From the IMG/VR virus record IMGVR_UViG_3300046005_000547, positions 62,001 to 126,000 of that record: 64,000 nt of DNA; one strand, 5' to 3'. Both the position numbers and the translations under genes were made by a program. Under the pieces are notes generated by a model. It was given only the letters and a program-made list of their open reading frames with translations. It was not told the DNA's origin and ran no database searches. Positions within the stretch are counted from its first letter, which is position 1, and every line of letters starts with the position of its first letter. Shown here piece by piece: positions 1 to 8,541 of this stretch.

Positions 1-36
1 AAATGACAATAGATTATAAATTTAAAGAGAGAATAA

Positions 37-1575
37 ATGATTATCGGAATTACAGGACCTGTCGCATCAGGCAAATCAAAAGCGATTCAGATGTTGAAAT
101 CAAGAAATGATACTACAATATCAGCAACATATCACGATTTAGATGAATATTGTAAATCATTTAATGTTGACAAAGTATCGTTCTTCCAGAAACATTTTAA
201 TGTAGATACTATGTCAAAAGAAAGAATCATTAAAGAAGTGTTTTCAGACATGAAATTGTACAATGAATATTGTCAATTATTTGAAGAAGATTTAATTGAT
301 TTGTTGAATCAATTTACAAATGGTATCCATATAGTGGAAGCATCTGCGTTGTTTTCATATCCGAATCTCATTAAGAAATTCGATAAGATTATCTGTATAG
401 ATCCAAAATCAAATCATAAAGAAAACAAATCAAAACGTAAGATTGATACAACAATTTTTGACGACATCTATTGGAGAAATTATACATGTAATTCTTTGAA
501 GAATGATTTGAATGACATAAGATTGGAAACGGGAACGTTAATGGAATTACGTTCAAAAATTGAACAAGCAATTATTTCCATTGTCGATGAAGAATCGTGT
601 ATCAATGAATTGTTCAATACAATAAATCGGTGGGAAACATTTAAAGATTTATCTCATGGATATTCAACTAATCCGTATCATAATCTTGACCATACTCGTT
701 CTGTATTAACGGATTTGTACTATCAAGATAATTACACAAGAACATTAGGCGAATTGACATTGTATCATGATTTCCAATACGATCCAAAATTGATTTGTAA
801 TGAAGATTTAGCTTCCAATTTCATCAAGTATCATTCGGATTTAATTCATGAAGATGTAGACATCGATCTTCTATGTCGTTTAATAAGATCGACTGATTAT
901 AAAGTTATTGACCCAAAGATTTCCAACTTCTTCCTTTCGGATATCTCTCATTGGATTAGAACAGATGAAGAAATCATCGAAGTTGAACAATTAATGTTTA
1001 AAGAGTATCAACATATTGATTGGGTTGATTACAGAGCAGGAAGAATTAAAATTTTAAATGGATTGATAGATAAGATAATTTCAACATATCCTACAACAAT
1101 TTCGTGTTCTTATATCAGAGGAATTGAATTATCAATTTCATGGTTGAATACATTTAATCCAAAAATTGGTTGGTTCTGTGGTTCATTTAATCCATTTACA
1201 ATTGGTCATATGGATGTATTAACTAAAGCAGAACGATTATTCGATAAGGTTGTTCTTGTACAAGGAGTGAATCCAAACAAAGATTCAAGTCAATTTAATC
1301 TGAATTCAACTAAAACATTGGTGAAATATGAACAACATTTAGATGTTAAATGTATTCCTGATTTGATTCAATCTGTTGGGTATCAACCAATTTTGATTAG
1401 AGGGATTAGAAATGTACAAGATTACAATGAATCAAGCGAATGGCATCAACAAATTAAAGAGTTTGTGTATGTTGATATGGTTCTGATTGATTCAGATTTA
1501 AGACATATTAGTTCATCGTTTGTCAGAGGAGCTGGTAAATTAAATTTGGACACCAAACGATTTATTGTAAAATAA
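37..1575 (+). CDS. Three-domain fusion: dephospho-CoA kinase (CoaE-like) + HD-domain phosphohydrolase + phosphopantetheine adenylyltransferase (CoaD-like)
   Basis: N-terminal IIGITGPVASGKS P-loop typical of CoaE; central YHNLDH...LYHDFQYDP...NE typical of HD hydrolases; C-terminal GSFNPFTIGH, ILIRGIRN..DY and ISSSFVR motifs of CoaD. Confidence 0.8.
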   Translation: MIIGITGPVASGKSKAIQMLKSRNDTTISATYHDLDEYCKSFNVDKVSFFQKHFNVDTMSKERIIKEVFSDMKLYNEYCQLFEEDLIDLLNQFTNGIHIVEASALFSYPNLIKKFDKIICIDPKSNHKENKSKRKIDTTIFDDIYWRNYTCNSLKNDLNDIRLETGTLMELRSKIEQAIISIVDEESCINELFNTINRWETFKDLSHGYSTNPYHNLDHTRSVLTDLYYQDNYTRTLGELTLYHDFQYDPKLICNEDLASNFIKYHSDLIHEDVDIDLLCRLIRSTDYKVIDPKISNFFLSDISHWIRTDEEIIEVEQLMFKEYQHIDWVDYRAGRIKILNGLIDKIISTYPTTISCSYIRGIELSISWLNTFNPKIGWFCGSFNPFTIGHMDVLTKAERLFDKVVLVQGVNPNKDSSQFNLNSTKTLVKYEQHLDVKCIPDLIQSVGYQPILIRGIRNVQDYNESSEWHQQIKEFVYVDMVLIDSDLRHISSSFVRGAGKLNLDTKRFIVK

Positions 1576-1578
1576 TTC

Positions 1579-1606
1579 TTTCGATATTCATGAATTGAAA
1601 TATAAT
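1579..1606 (+). promoter_or_regulatory. Phage promoter TTTCGA-N16-TATAAT
   Basis: tttcga at 1579, tataat at 1601 followed by aga; the same architecture recurs at several intergenic sites. Confidence 0.7.
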
Positions 1607-1624
1607 AGAACATATTATTTTTAA

Positions 1625-1966
1625 TTGGAGGAATTTAAAATGTCATTCTCAAATCCGTTGTTTGATAAATATACAGCAATCTACACCGTAGATAAAAGTA
1701 AGAAACATGATAGAGTTACCATCAGACATATTGAACAAGATGTTTACGAAGCAGTTATCATCATTGCTGGAGTTCAACAATCATCGACAAGAAGATTACC
1801 AGCATTAAAATTGTATCTATCTGAACAATTAATGACTATCTCTGATGCAATTAGTGGTAAAGAATCAAGTCTTGAATCATTGAAATCAAGATTGAAACTC
1901 CGTAAAGGAACAGATATTTTATTTGGAAAAACATATGAGACAACAAATTTTACAACAACTTGTTGA
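1625..1966 (+). CDS. Hypothetical protein (probable start at ATG 1640)
   Basis: ORF downstream of the promoter; ggagg RBS before ATG 1640. Confidence 0.6.
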   Translation: MEEFKMSFSNPLFDKYTAIYTVDKSKKHDRVTIRHIEQDVYEAVIIIAGVQQSSTRRLPALKLYLSEQLMTISDAISGKESSLESLKSRLKLRKGTDILFGKTYETTNFTTTC

Positions 1967-2108
1967 TTATTTTGGATACGAAGAAGAACCAGATGAATCT
2001 GATTTAGAATTGGATATGTCAGATTTATTTTACAAATATGGAGGGTTGAATATGTTTGTTAAAATTCATGAATATATTTTGATGAATGGATCAAAGGAAT
2101 GTATCTGA
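1923..2108 (+). CDS. Small acidic hypothetical protein
   Basis: ORF track; lies within a tightly packed operon. Confidence 0.5.
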   Translation: MEKHMRQQILQQLVDYFGYEEEPDESDLELDMSDLFYKYGGLNMFVKIHEYILMNGSKECI

Positions 2109-2244
2109 CGTTGTTCTTCTTTGTTATATCATTGATTGCCGTATTAGGTGTGTCAATCACAAATGATAGTAAATTTGTCAATTCTAAGAAGATTATGTTT
2201 ATTGGTATGTTGATTCTTTCTAGTTTGGAAATAGGTAAAACGAT

Positions 2245-2640
2245 ATGTCAGTGAAATTATGTTACAAATATTCTCATGAAGAAATGTTCCATGGTTCATT
2301 CGATTCTGTAGTTGATTCTATAGAAGATGTGATGGATGACGCAAAATTCAATTATTATGGAGATGATGGGATTGGTGATGAAATTACAGTTGAGATTGGC
2401 GAAATTGTAGATCCATTGACTTATCTAGAATCTGCAGATTATATCGCTGAGAATTTAATCGAAAGTATCAATGAATGTTTATTTGATTACATACCATGTG
2501 ACGATGACGTTATGGAATTAGATAAAGAAGATGTATCTGCGTTACATAAAATGATTATTGAATTCATCAAAGAAAAAGGAACGTTCAACGCATATGGTGT
2601 TGAAAATGTAATTGAACGAACTTTTATTTTAACGGAGTAA
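2245..2640 (+). CDS. Acidic hypothetical protein
   Basis: 131-aa ORF with aggt RBS. Confidence 0.65.
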   Translation: MSVKLCYKYSHEEMFHGSFDSVVDSIEDVMDDAKFNYYGDDGIGDEITVEIGEIVDPLTYLESADYIAENLIESINECLFDYIPCDDDVMELDKEDVSALHKMIIEFIKEKGTFNAYGVENVIERTFILTE

Positions 2641-2643
2641 TAT

Positions 2644-2996
2644 ATGAATGAAAACATTGATTGTTCTACCATTAGAATAGGAACAGGGAATGTAATTGAA
2701 CATGGAGAGAATCTGAAAAAGCTCATCTTGAATCTACATTAGATAAAATCTTCAATCTAAAACATCCTGATACGGTTCCAACAATAGGAATACCAGAAGG
2801 TGAACATTGTTATACATTTATTGATGGTAGATACAAGGTTTGCCCGTATCATCATATAAATTATGATTATCCAAAACAATCAAATGGTTGGTGTACATTA
2901 TTGCAGAAAGGAGATTTCTCTGAAGGCGAACCAACATTTGATTTATGGGATATGAATAAGAATTGTAACATTAAAATTGATTTGGAAATGTTATAG
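2644..2996 (+). pseudogene. Cys-rich hypothetical protein with an apparent 1-nt frameshift near 2700 (possibly a sequencing error)
   Basis: ATG 2644 (MNENIDCSTIRIGTGNVIE); a second frame continues WRESEKAHLE...IPEGEHCY...CPY...NGWC...LWDMNKNC to tag at 2996. Confidence 0.5.
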
Positions 2997-3003
2997 AAAA
3001 GTC

Positions 3004-3031
3004 TTTCGACATTAAAGATAATCATTATAAT
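3004..3031 (+). promoter_or_regulatory. Phage promoter TTTCGA-N16-TATAAT
   Basis: tttcga at 3004, tataat at 3026 followed by aga. Confidence 0.7.
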
Positions 3032-3069
3032 AGAATGTAAATTAAAATCTTACATAGGATGATTATAAC

Positions 3070-3219
3070 ATGTCAAACAATACACAATTAACATTTGAAC
3101 AATTTTTGAAATACGTTGATGAAGATTTATTGAAAGATCTTGATTACGAAGGAATCACTCTTCGCGAATACTACGACATTGTTGTGACTCAAATGTCTAA
3201 CGAACATTATTATCCCTAA
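3070..3219 (+). CDS. Small hypothetical protein (49 aa, MSNNTQLTFEQFLKY...)
   Basis: Read from the sequence; agga RBS; directly downstream of a promoter. Confidence 0.55.
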   Translation: MSNNTQLTFEQFLKYVDEDLLKDLDYEGITLREYYDIVVTQMSNEHYYP

Positions 3220-3247
3220 ATAATTATAAATTTTATGGAGTAAGAGA

Positions 3248-3610
3248 ATGAACACATTTGAACAATTCAAACAGACGGTGATGGAAGAATTTGCTGGTCG
3301 ATTGAATGAAGAAAAACAAACAAAATTGGTAGTCAAAAAGATTAGTCCTAAATGGTATAGAATCGTTATTGACACAGATAAATGGGATATACCAGAAACC
3401 GTTGTTGATATCCTACAGACTGAACATAAAGAATGGTCTGTATGCTATGGTGAGAAAATGTCATATTCAGTTGGTGAACAATCGCATGATACTCGTAGAT
3501 GGGTATTTGTTAAGTTAAACAATGCCAAAGTTTATGCGTTAGATCTAGCTGCTGCCATTAAAAATGATAAACCTTATCCTTCTATCTTAGACGACAAATA
3601 CGAACTTTAA
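3248..3610 (+). CDS. Internal head protein-like (capsid-targeting leader family, member 1)
   Basis: N-terminus MNTFEQFKQTVMEEFAGRLNE resembles the T4 IP leaders MKTFKEF/MKTYQEF and ends in a gp21-type LxE site; TATAAATT at 3225; terminator downstream. Confidence 0.65.
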   Translation: MNTFEQFKQTVMEEFAGRLNEEKQTKLVVKKISPKWYRIVIDTDKWDIPETVVDILQTEHKEWSVCYGEKMSYSVGEQSHDTRRWVFVKLNNAKVYALDLAAAIKNDKPYPSILDDKYEL

Positions 3611-3616
3611 TTTAAT

Positions 3617-3649
3617 ATCCTGTGAGATGATATGTCTTACGGGATTTTT
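3617..3649 (+). terminator. Rho-independent terminator (ATCC...GGAT-T tract family)
   Basis: atcctgtgaga...tcttacgggat followed by a T-run. Confidence 0.75.
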
Positions 3650-3708
3650 ATGCTAGTAGAATTCTTACTGATAAATAATTTCATCTATTAACATTAAAAT
3701 GTTTAAAC

Positions 3709-5457
3709 ATGACTATTATCAAAGTGAGAAAACTAGACGAAGCGTTTCTATACGTTACGTCAGAATTTGGAATTGAACAAGAAATGTATGAATACTTTTC
3801 ATTCATGTCACCTGGAGCAAAGTTCGATCCAAGAGTGAGGAATCGTCTATGGGATGGTAAAATTAGATTGTATTCTCAATCTAATAAAAAGATTCATGTA
3901 GGATTATTTTCTTACATAGAGAAATTTGCCAGAATAAATGATTATCAAATACAATTAGAAAATGAAATTATTGAACAAGTTGATGTAACATATTCTGATA
4001 TTGAAAGATTTGTTAACAGTTTGAATATACATTCTCGTGGCGTAAAACTTGATGTCAGAGATTATCAGCTTTCTGCTATATATGAATCAATTAAAAACAA
4101 ACGTATAATCTGCGTCTCTCCCACGTCTTGTTTAGACCCAAATACCGAAATTGAAGTTTTATTTGATAATACAAAAAAATCAATAACATTATTAGAACTC
4201 GATTCCCTAGTTAAAAATGGAGTAAATCCAAAAATTAACACCCCTTCTGGTTATGAAAAAATAACAGAAACATATAGAAAATTTGGGAATGGTATAGAAA
4301 TTCACTTCGAAGATAATTCAACACCAATAAAGGCAGCAAATAATCATTTAATGTATTTAAACGATAATTGGATAGATTCAATTGATGTTAAAATAGGAGA
4401 CGATTTTGGTAATAAAAAAGTTACCAAAATCAATAAATTGGAACCACAAGAATGGATAGATTTTTCGATAGATGCAGACCATGAATCATATTTCCATAAT
4501 GATATATTACATCACAATTCTGGAAAATCTGTGATAATATATGCGATTATACGATGGTATATTGAACACAATTTAAAATGTTTAATCATTGTCCCGAGTA
4601 CAATGTTAGTTGACCAGATGTTTGGTGATTTTAAAGATTATTCTTCCCATAATGGTTGGAATGTAGATAAACATTGTAATAAGATTTATTCTGGTCATAA
4701 ATGTCATCTTGATTTAGATTGCGCTATTTCTACATGGCAAACTTTACAGAACATAAAACATCAATTACAATTCTTTGAAAATTTGGATGTTTTAATAGGC
4801 GACGAATCACATCTATACAAAGCTGCTGTTGTAACAAAATTACTAAACAATATGCCAAACACTTCCATCAGAATAGGAACGACTGGTACATTAGATGGAA
4901 AACAAATCTCCGAATTACAATTAACGGGTTTATTTGGTAAAGTGTACAAGGTCATTACGACCAAAGAACTAATGGATGAGAATAGTGTTACTACATTAGA
5001 CATTTCATGTATCCTGTTGAATTATGATTCAGATACAAAGAAGTTATTGACCAAAACCGAATATCAGAAGGAAATTGATTGGTTGGTCCAAAATGATAAA
5101 CGTAACAAATTTATTGTTAATCTAGCTGCGTCTCAACAAGAAACAACTTTGGTGTTATTTCAATATGTTGAGAAACATGGATTACCTCTATACAAAATGT
5201 TAAAGGAAAAATGCCCCGACAGAGAGATTCATTATATTTCAGGATCTGTAGATAATTCCAAACGAGATGAAATTAGGAATTCAATGAATACATCATCTCG
5301 AATGATTAAGATATGGTTCGGTGAATTATACATATCTGTTGGCGAAAACGAAAATGTGTTATTGAGTAACGGTGATTTAATACAATCAAAATATATCAAC
5401 GAGAATCATGATATAGATAACAATTGGATTAAATCAAGAAAATTAAACAAACTATGA
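3709..5457 (+). CDS. uvsW: UvsW-like SF2 DNA/RNA helicase with mini-intein; C-terminal helicase motifs absent
   Basis: WDGKIRLY, RDYQ, Walker A SPTS|SGKS split by the intein, DESH, GTTGT, LVLFQYVEKHG; the ORF ends without motifs V/VI. Confidence 0.85.
   Translation: MTIIKVRKLDEAFLYVTSEFGIEQEMYEYFSFMSPGAKFDPRVRNRLWDGKIRLYSQSNKKIHVGLFSYIEKFARINDYQIQLENEIIEQVDVTYSDIERFVNSLNIHSRGVKLDVRDYQLSAIYESIKNKRIICVSPTSCLDPNTEIEVLFDNTKKSITLLELDSLVKNGVNPKINTPSGYEKITETYRKFGNGIEIHFEDNSTPIKAANNHLMYLNDNWIDSIDVKIGDDFGNKKVTKINKLEPQEWIDFSIDADHESYFHNDILHHNSGKSVIIYAIIRWYIEHNLKCLIIVPSTMLVDQMFGDFKDYSSHNGWNVDKHCNKIYSGHKCHLDLDCAISTWQTLQNIKHQLQFFENLDVLIGDESHLYKAAVVTKLLNNMPNTSIRIGTTGTLDGKQISELQLTGLFGKVYKVITTKELMDENSVTTLDISCILLNYDSDTKKLLTKTEYQKEIDWLVQNDKRNKFIVNLAASQQETTLVLFQYVEKHGLPLYKMLKEKCPDREIHYISGSVDNSKRDEIRNSMNTSSRMIKIWFGELYISVGENENVLLSNGDLIQSKYINENHDIDNNWIKSRKLNKL
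4129..4518 (+). mobile_element. Mini-intein (130 aa) in the UvsW Walker A motif
   Basis: Begins CLDPNTEI, block B AANNH, ends ILHHN followed by Ser; removal restores SPTSSGKS. Confidence 0.9.
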
Positions 5458-5470
5458 AAGGAAAACTAAA

Positions 5471-5752
5471 ATGAGTGCATTCGAACAATTTAAACAAACG
5501 GTGATGGAAGAATTTGCTGGTCGTATAGACGAAAGTAAAATCATGTTTGCTGTGACTGTTGATGGTGATAAGGTTGACGTGAAATCTAAAGATAAAGATT
5601 TCAAAGTTGACGTAAAGGATGTTGAAAATGAAAAAGAAGTTATCGATACGGTCGTTAAATTCTTAGAAAAACAAGGTTATAAAAATGTGAATGGACATCC
5701 AAATACATCTGAAAAAGGTGGAGTCGTTGGTGTCATCCACGTAGAGAAATAA
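5471..5752 (+). CDS. Internal head protein-like (leader family, member 2)
   Basis: MSAFEQFKQTVMEEFAGRIDE is nearly identical in DNA and protein to the 3248 leader, followed by an unrelated body. Confidence 0.65.
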   Translation: MSAFEQFKQTVMEEFAGRIDESKIMFAVTVDGDKVDVKSKDKDFKVDVKDVENEKEVIDTVVKFLEKQGYKNVNGHPNTSEKGGVVGVIHVEK

Positions 5753-5758
5753 ATTAGA

Positions 5759-5790
5759 ATCCCATCCGCTGAAAAGTTGATGGGATTTTT
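5759..5790 (+). terminator. Rho-independent terminator, identical to the one at 10496
   Basis: atcccatccgctgaaaagttgatgggattttt. Confidence 0.8.
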
Positions 5791-5863
5791 ATTGGATAAA
5801 ATTTTTATATCTTAAGATGAAATTCAAAGTATAATAAACATTCATTTTATACAGGAGAAATAT

Positions 5864-6226
5864 ATGAATAACTATGTAGGATTCTATAAAACTAAAAAAG
5901 AACGTTATGATTTAGAAACATATTGTATTGATGAAAATTGGCATCTGTTTGATTATATTGAACAAGATAATGAAGGTGTTATCGTTGCTCCGATGCGGTT
6001 GGAAGAAATTGATTATAAATTCCTTGAGATGGTATTTAAACGTAATGATATGAAATATCATGTTGATGGATATGTAAAATTCAGCATTGAACTCATCGAG
6101 GAATGGGAAGAATTTAAGAAAGATGAATTCTGTTATAATTATTCAACAGAAGACCATGAACGTAATAGGAAACTCCTTGATGAATATAACAAACAAGGTT
6201 ATAATGTATATCTAACAAGCGAATAA
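5864..6226 (+). CDS. Hypothetical protein
   Basis: 120-aa ORF; aggag RBS; tataat upstream. Confidence 0.65.
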   Translation: MNNYVGFYKTKKERYDLETYCIDENWHLFDYIEQDNEGVIVAPMRLEEIDYKFLEMVFKRNDMKYHVDGYVKFSIELIEEWEEFKKDEFCYNYSTEDHERNRKLLDEYNKQGYNVYLTSE

Positions 6227-6237
6227 GGAACAAAATT

Positions 6238-8538
6238 ATGATTGAACATTTAAAAACAATTGAACAACAATATCAAGTATTAACTGAATTAGAACATATC
6301 AGAAAACGTGTTGGTATGTATGCAGGTAGTCCTGTATTAGAAGAACATGAAGAATTCATCTATTCTATCCAAAACAATAAAATGGAATTACAAACCATTT
6401 CTTATATTCCAGCATTGATTAAGATTATCTCGGAAGGAATTGACAACGTAGTTGATGAACATAACAGAAATCCAAAAAAGATTAACGAATTGAAATTATC
6501 AATTAAAGATAATGAAATCATTATTTCTGATAATGGCGGTATTCCTGTACAAATTCATGCAGATTTCGGTAAATATGTTCCTGAAATTATATTTGGTACA
6601 TTACGTTCTGGTTCTAATTATTCAGATGATGATGCTCAATCCCTGATAGGAACAAATGGATTAGGAGCGAAATTAATTTCTGTTCTAAGTGAATACTTTA
6701 TTGTTGAGACATCTGATGGTTCTAATTATTTCCATCAAGAATATAAAAATGGAATGTCAGAACGTTCTGAACCCGTTATCACTAAATCAAAGAAACATTT
6801 TACAACATTAACATTTAAACCAGATTTAGAATATTTTGGTTTGGAATCATTTGATGAACATCATACATTAAAAATCATTAGACGATTGGTTGATGTTGCC
6901 GCCAATAATCCTTTATTGAAGGTGTATTTCAATGATGAAAAATTCAATGTATCTGCGTTCGATGATTACATTTCATTATATTCAGAAAGTTATGTATATG
7001 ATTCAACTGATGATTGGAAAATTGGTTTGTCTGCGTCTTCTGGTTTCAATCAGACCAGTTTTGTTAATAGTGTAGAAACGTATATGGGTGGAACTCATGT
7101 TAATTACGTTGTAAATCAGATTACAGAGAAACTCAGAGCTTACGTCAAAAAGAAACATAAGATTGATATTAAACCATCTGATATCAAAAGTCATTTACAT
7201 GTATTTGTTTCATGTAAAATCAATCGACCAAAGTTTTCCAGTCAGACCAAAGAAAACATGATTAGCACTATAACAGATTTTGGTTCATCATGGTCTTGTT
7301 CAGATAAATTCATCAATAAGATTATTACATTGGAAGTTGTACAATCAATTTTGGATTGGGCGGAAGCAAAGGAAAATGCTCTAAAGAATGCAGAATTACG
7401 CAAATTGAATAAATCTGTTGACAAATTGAATCCGGCAAGAGTGGACAAGTTTGAAGACGCTAATGAGAAGAAAGATAGAAGTAAGTGTACAATTTTCCTT
7501 ACAGAGGGTAACTCGGCAATGGGGGCGATAATGTCTGCCAGAGACCCTGAATTACATGGAGCTTTTGCGCTTAAAGGTAAACCATTAAATGTGACGGATA
7601 TTGATGCCAAAAAGTTAATGGAAAATAATGAATTCAAAAGTATTCTAACAATCATGGGGTTGAAACTGGGTGAACAAGTCACACCAATGACTCCATTACG
7701 TTTTGGTAAAATCTGTTTTCTAACGGATGCGGATTGTATTACAGAAGAACATTATGTGTTGACAGAATCTGGCGAAAAACTTATCTCAGATGTTAATCCG
7801 TTAGAAGATAAAGTGTTGACGCATTTGAATCAATATGCAGTAGTGGAATATGTTAACATTAAATCAACAGATGTTGTAATCAGAATCACTTCTGGTAATG
7901 ATATTGTTGAAGGTACACCTGAACATAAACATGTAATCTTTAGAGATGGTTGGGATCTTCCAAAAAAATATATGTTGAAAGAAATTCTACCAACGGATAT
8001 GATAATCAAATATATTGATGGACAACAAATCAATCATCCCATTGATTCTATTGAAACTATCGAAAAAACTATAACAACATATGATTTAACAGTTAAAGGT
8101 CATCATACATTTTATGTTAGACATAAAGATTCTGAAAATTATATCTTAACGCATAATTGTGATGGTTCTCATATCATTGGTCTGTTAATTAACATGTTTC
8201 ATTCATTCTGGCCTGAATTGTTTGAATTAGGATATATCTACAGATTCAGAACCCCATTGATTAAAGTCAATGTTGGTAAAGACGTATTAGAATTCTATGA
8301 TGAAAAAGAGTTTGATGAATGGAAATCCAAGAACACAAAAAAGTTCACATCAAAATACTTCAAAGGATTAGGTACATCCACGGCAAAGGATTTCAAAGGA
8401 TACCTAGCTAATTCCGATAAGAATATGGTACAATATACAATTGATGACATTAAAGATTCAGATTCAATTAAATTGGCATTCTCCAAGAATTCAGATTCAG
8501 CTGATTTACGCAAACAATGGTTAAACATCGAAGGTTAA
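6238..8538 (+). CDS. Type II DNA topoisomerase large subunit (gp39+gp60 fused, GyrB/ParE-like) with mini-intein
   Basis: EHIRKRVGMYAGS, GHKL motifs EGIDN / DNGG / GTNGLGAK, TEGNSA, LKGKPLN, Toprim TDAD|CDGSHI, KYFKGLGTS. Confidence 0.92.
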   Translation: MIEHLKTIEQQYQVLTELEHIRKRVGMYAGSPVLEEHEEFIYSIQNNKMELQTISYIPALIKIISEGIDNVVDEHNRNPKKINELKLSIKDNEIIISDNGGIPVQIHADFGKYVPEIIFGTLRSGSNYSDDDAQSLIGTNGLGAKLISVLSEYFIVETSDGSNYFHQEYKNGMSERSEPVITKSKKHFTTLTFKPDLEYFGLESFDEHHTLKIIRRLVDVAANNPLLKVYFNDEKFNVSAFDDYISLYSESYVYDSTDDWKIGLSASSGFNQTSFVNSVETYMGGTHVNYVVNQITEKLRAYVKKKHKIDIKPSDIKSHLHVFVSCKINRPKFSSQTKENMISTITDFGSSWSCSDKFINKIITLEVVQSILDWAEAKENALKNAELRKLNKSVDKLNPARVDKFEDANEKKDRSKCTIFLTEGNSAMGAIMSARDPELHGAFALKGKPLNVTDIDAKKLMENNEFKSILTIMGLKLGEQVTPMTPLRFGKICFLTDADCITEEHYVLTESGEKLISDVNPLEDKVLTHLNQYAVVEYVNIKSTDVVIRITSGNDIVEGTPEHKHVIFRDGWDLPKKYMLKEILPTDMIIKYIDGQQINHPIDSIETIEKTITTYDLTVKGHHTFYVRHKDSENYILTHNCDGSHIIGLLINMFHSFWPELFELGYIYRFRTPLIKVNVGKDVLEFYDEKEFDEWKSKNTKKFTSKYFKGLGTSTAKDFKGYLANSDKNMVQYTIDDIKDSDSIKLAFSKNSDSADLRKQWLNIEG
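7735..8157 (+). mobile_element. Mini-intein (141 aa) in the topoisomerase Toprim DxDxD motif
   Basis: Begins CITEEH, block B GTPEH, block F TYDLTV, ends LTHN followed by Cys. Confidence 0.9.
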
Positions 8539-8541
8539 AAT

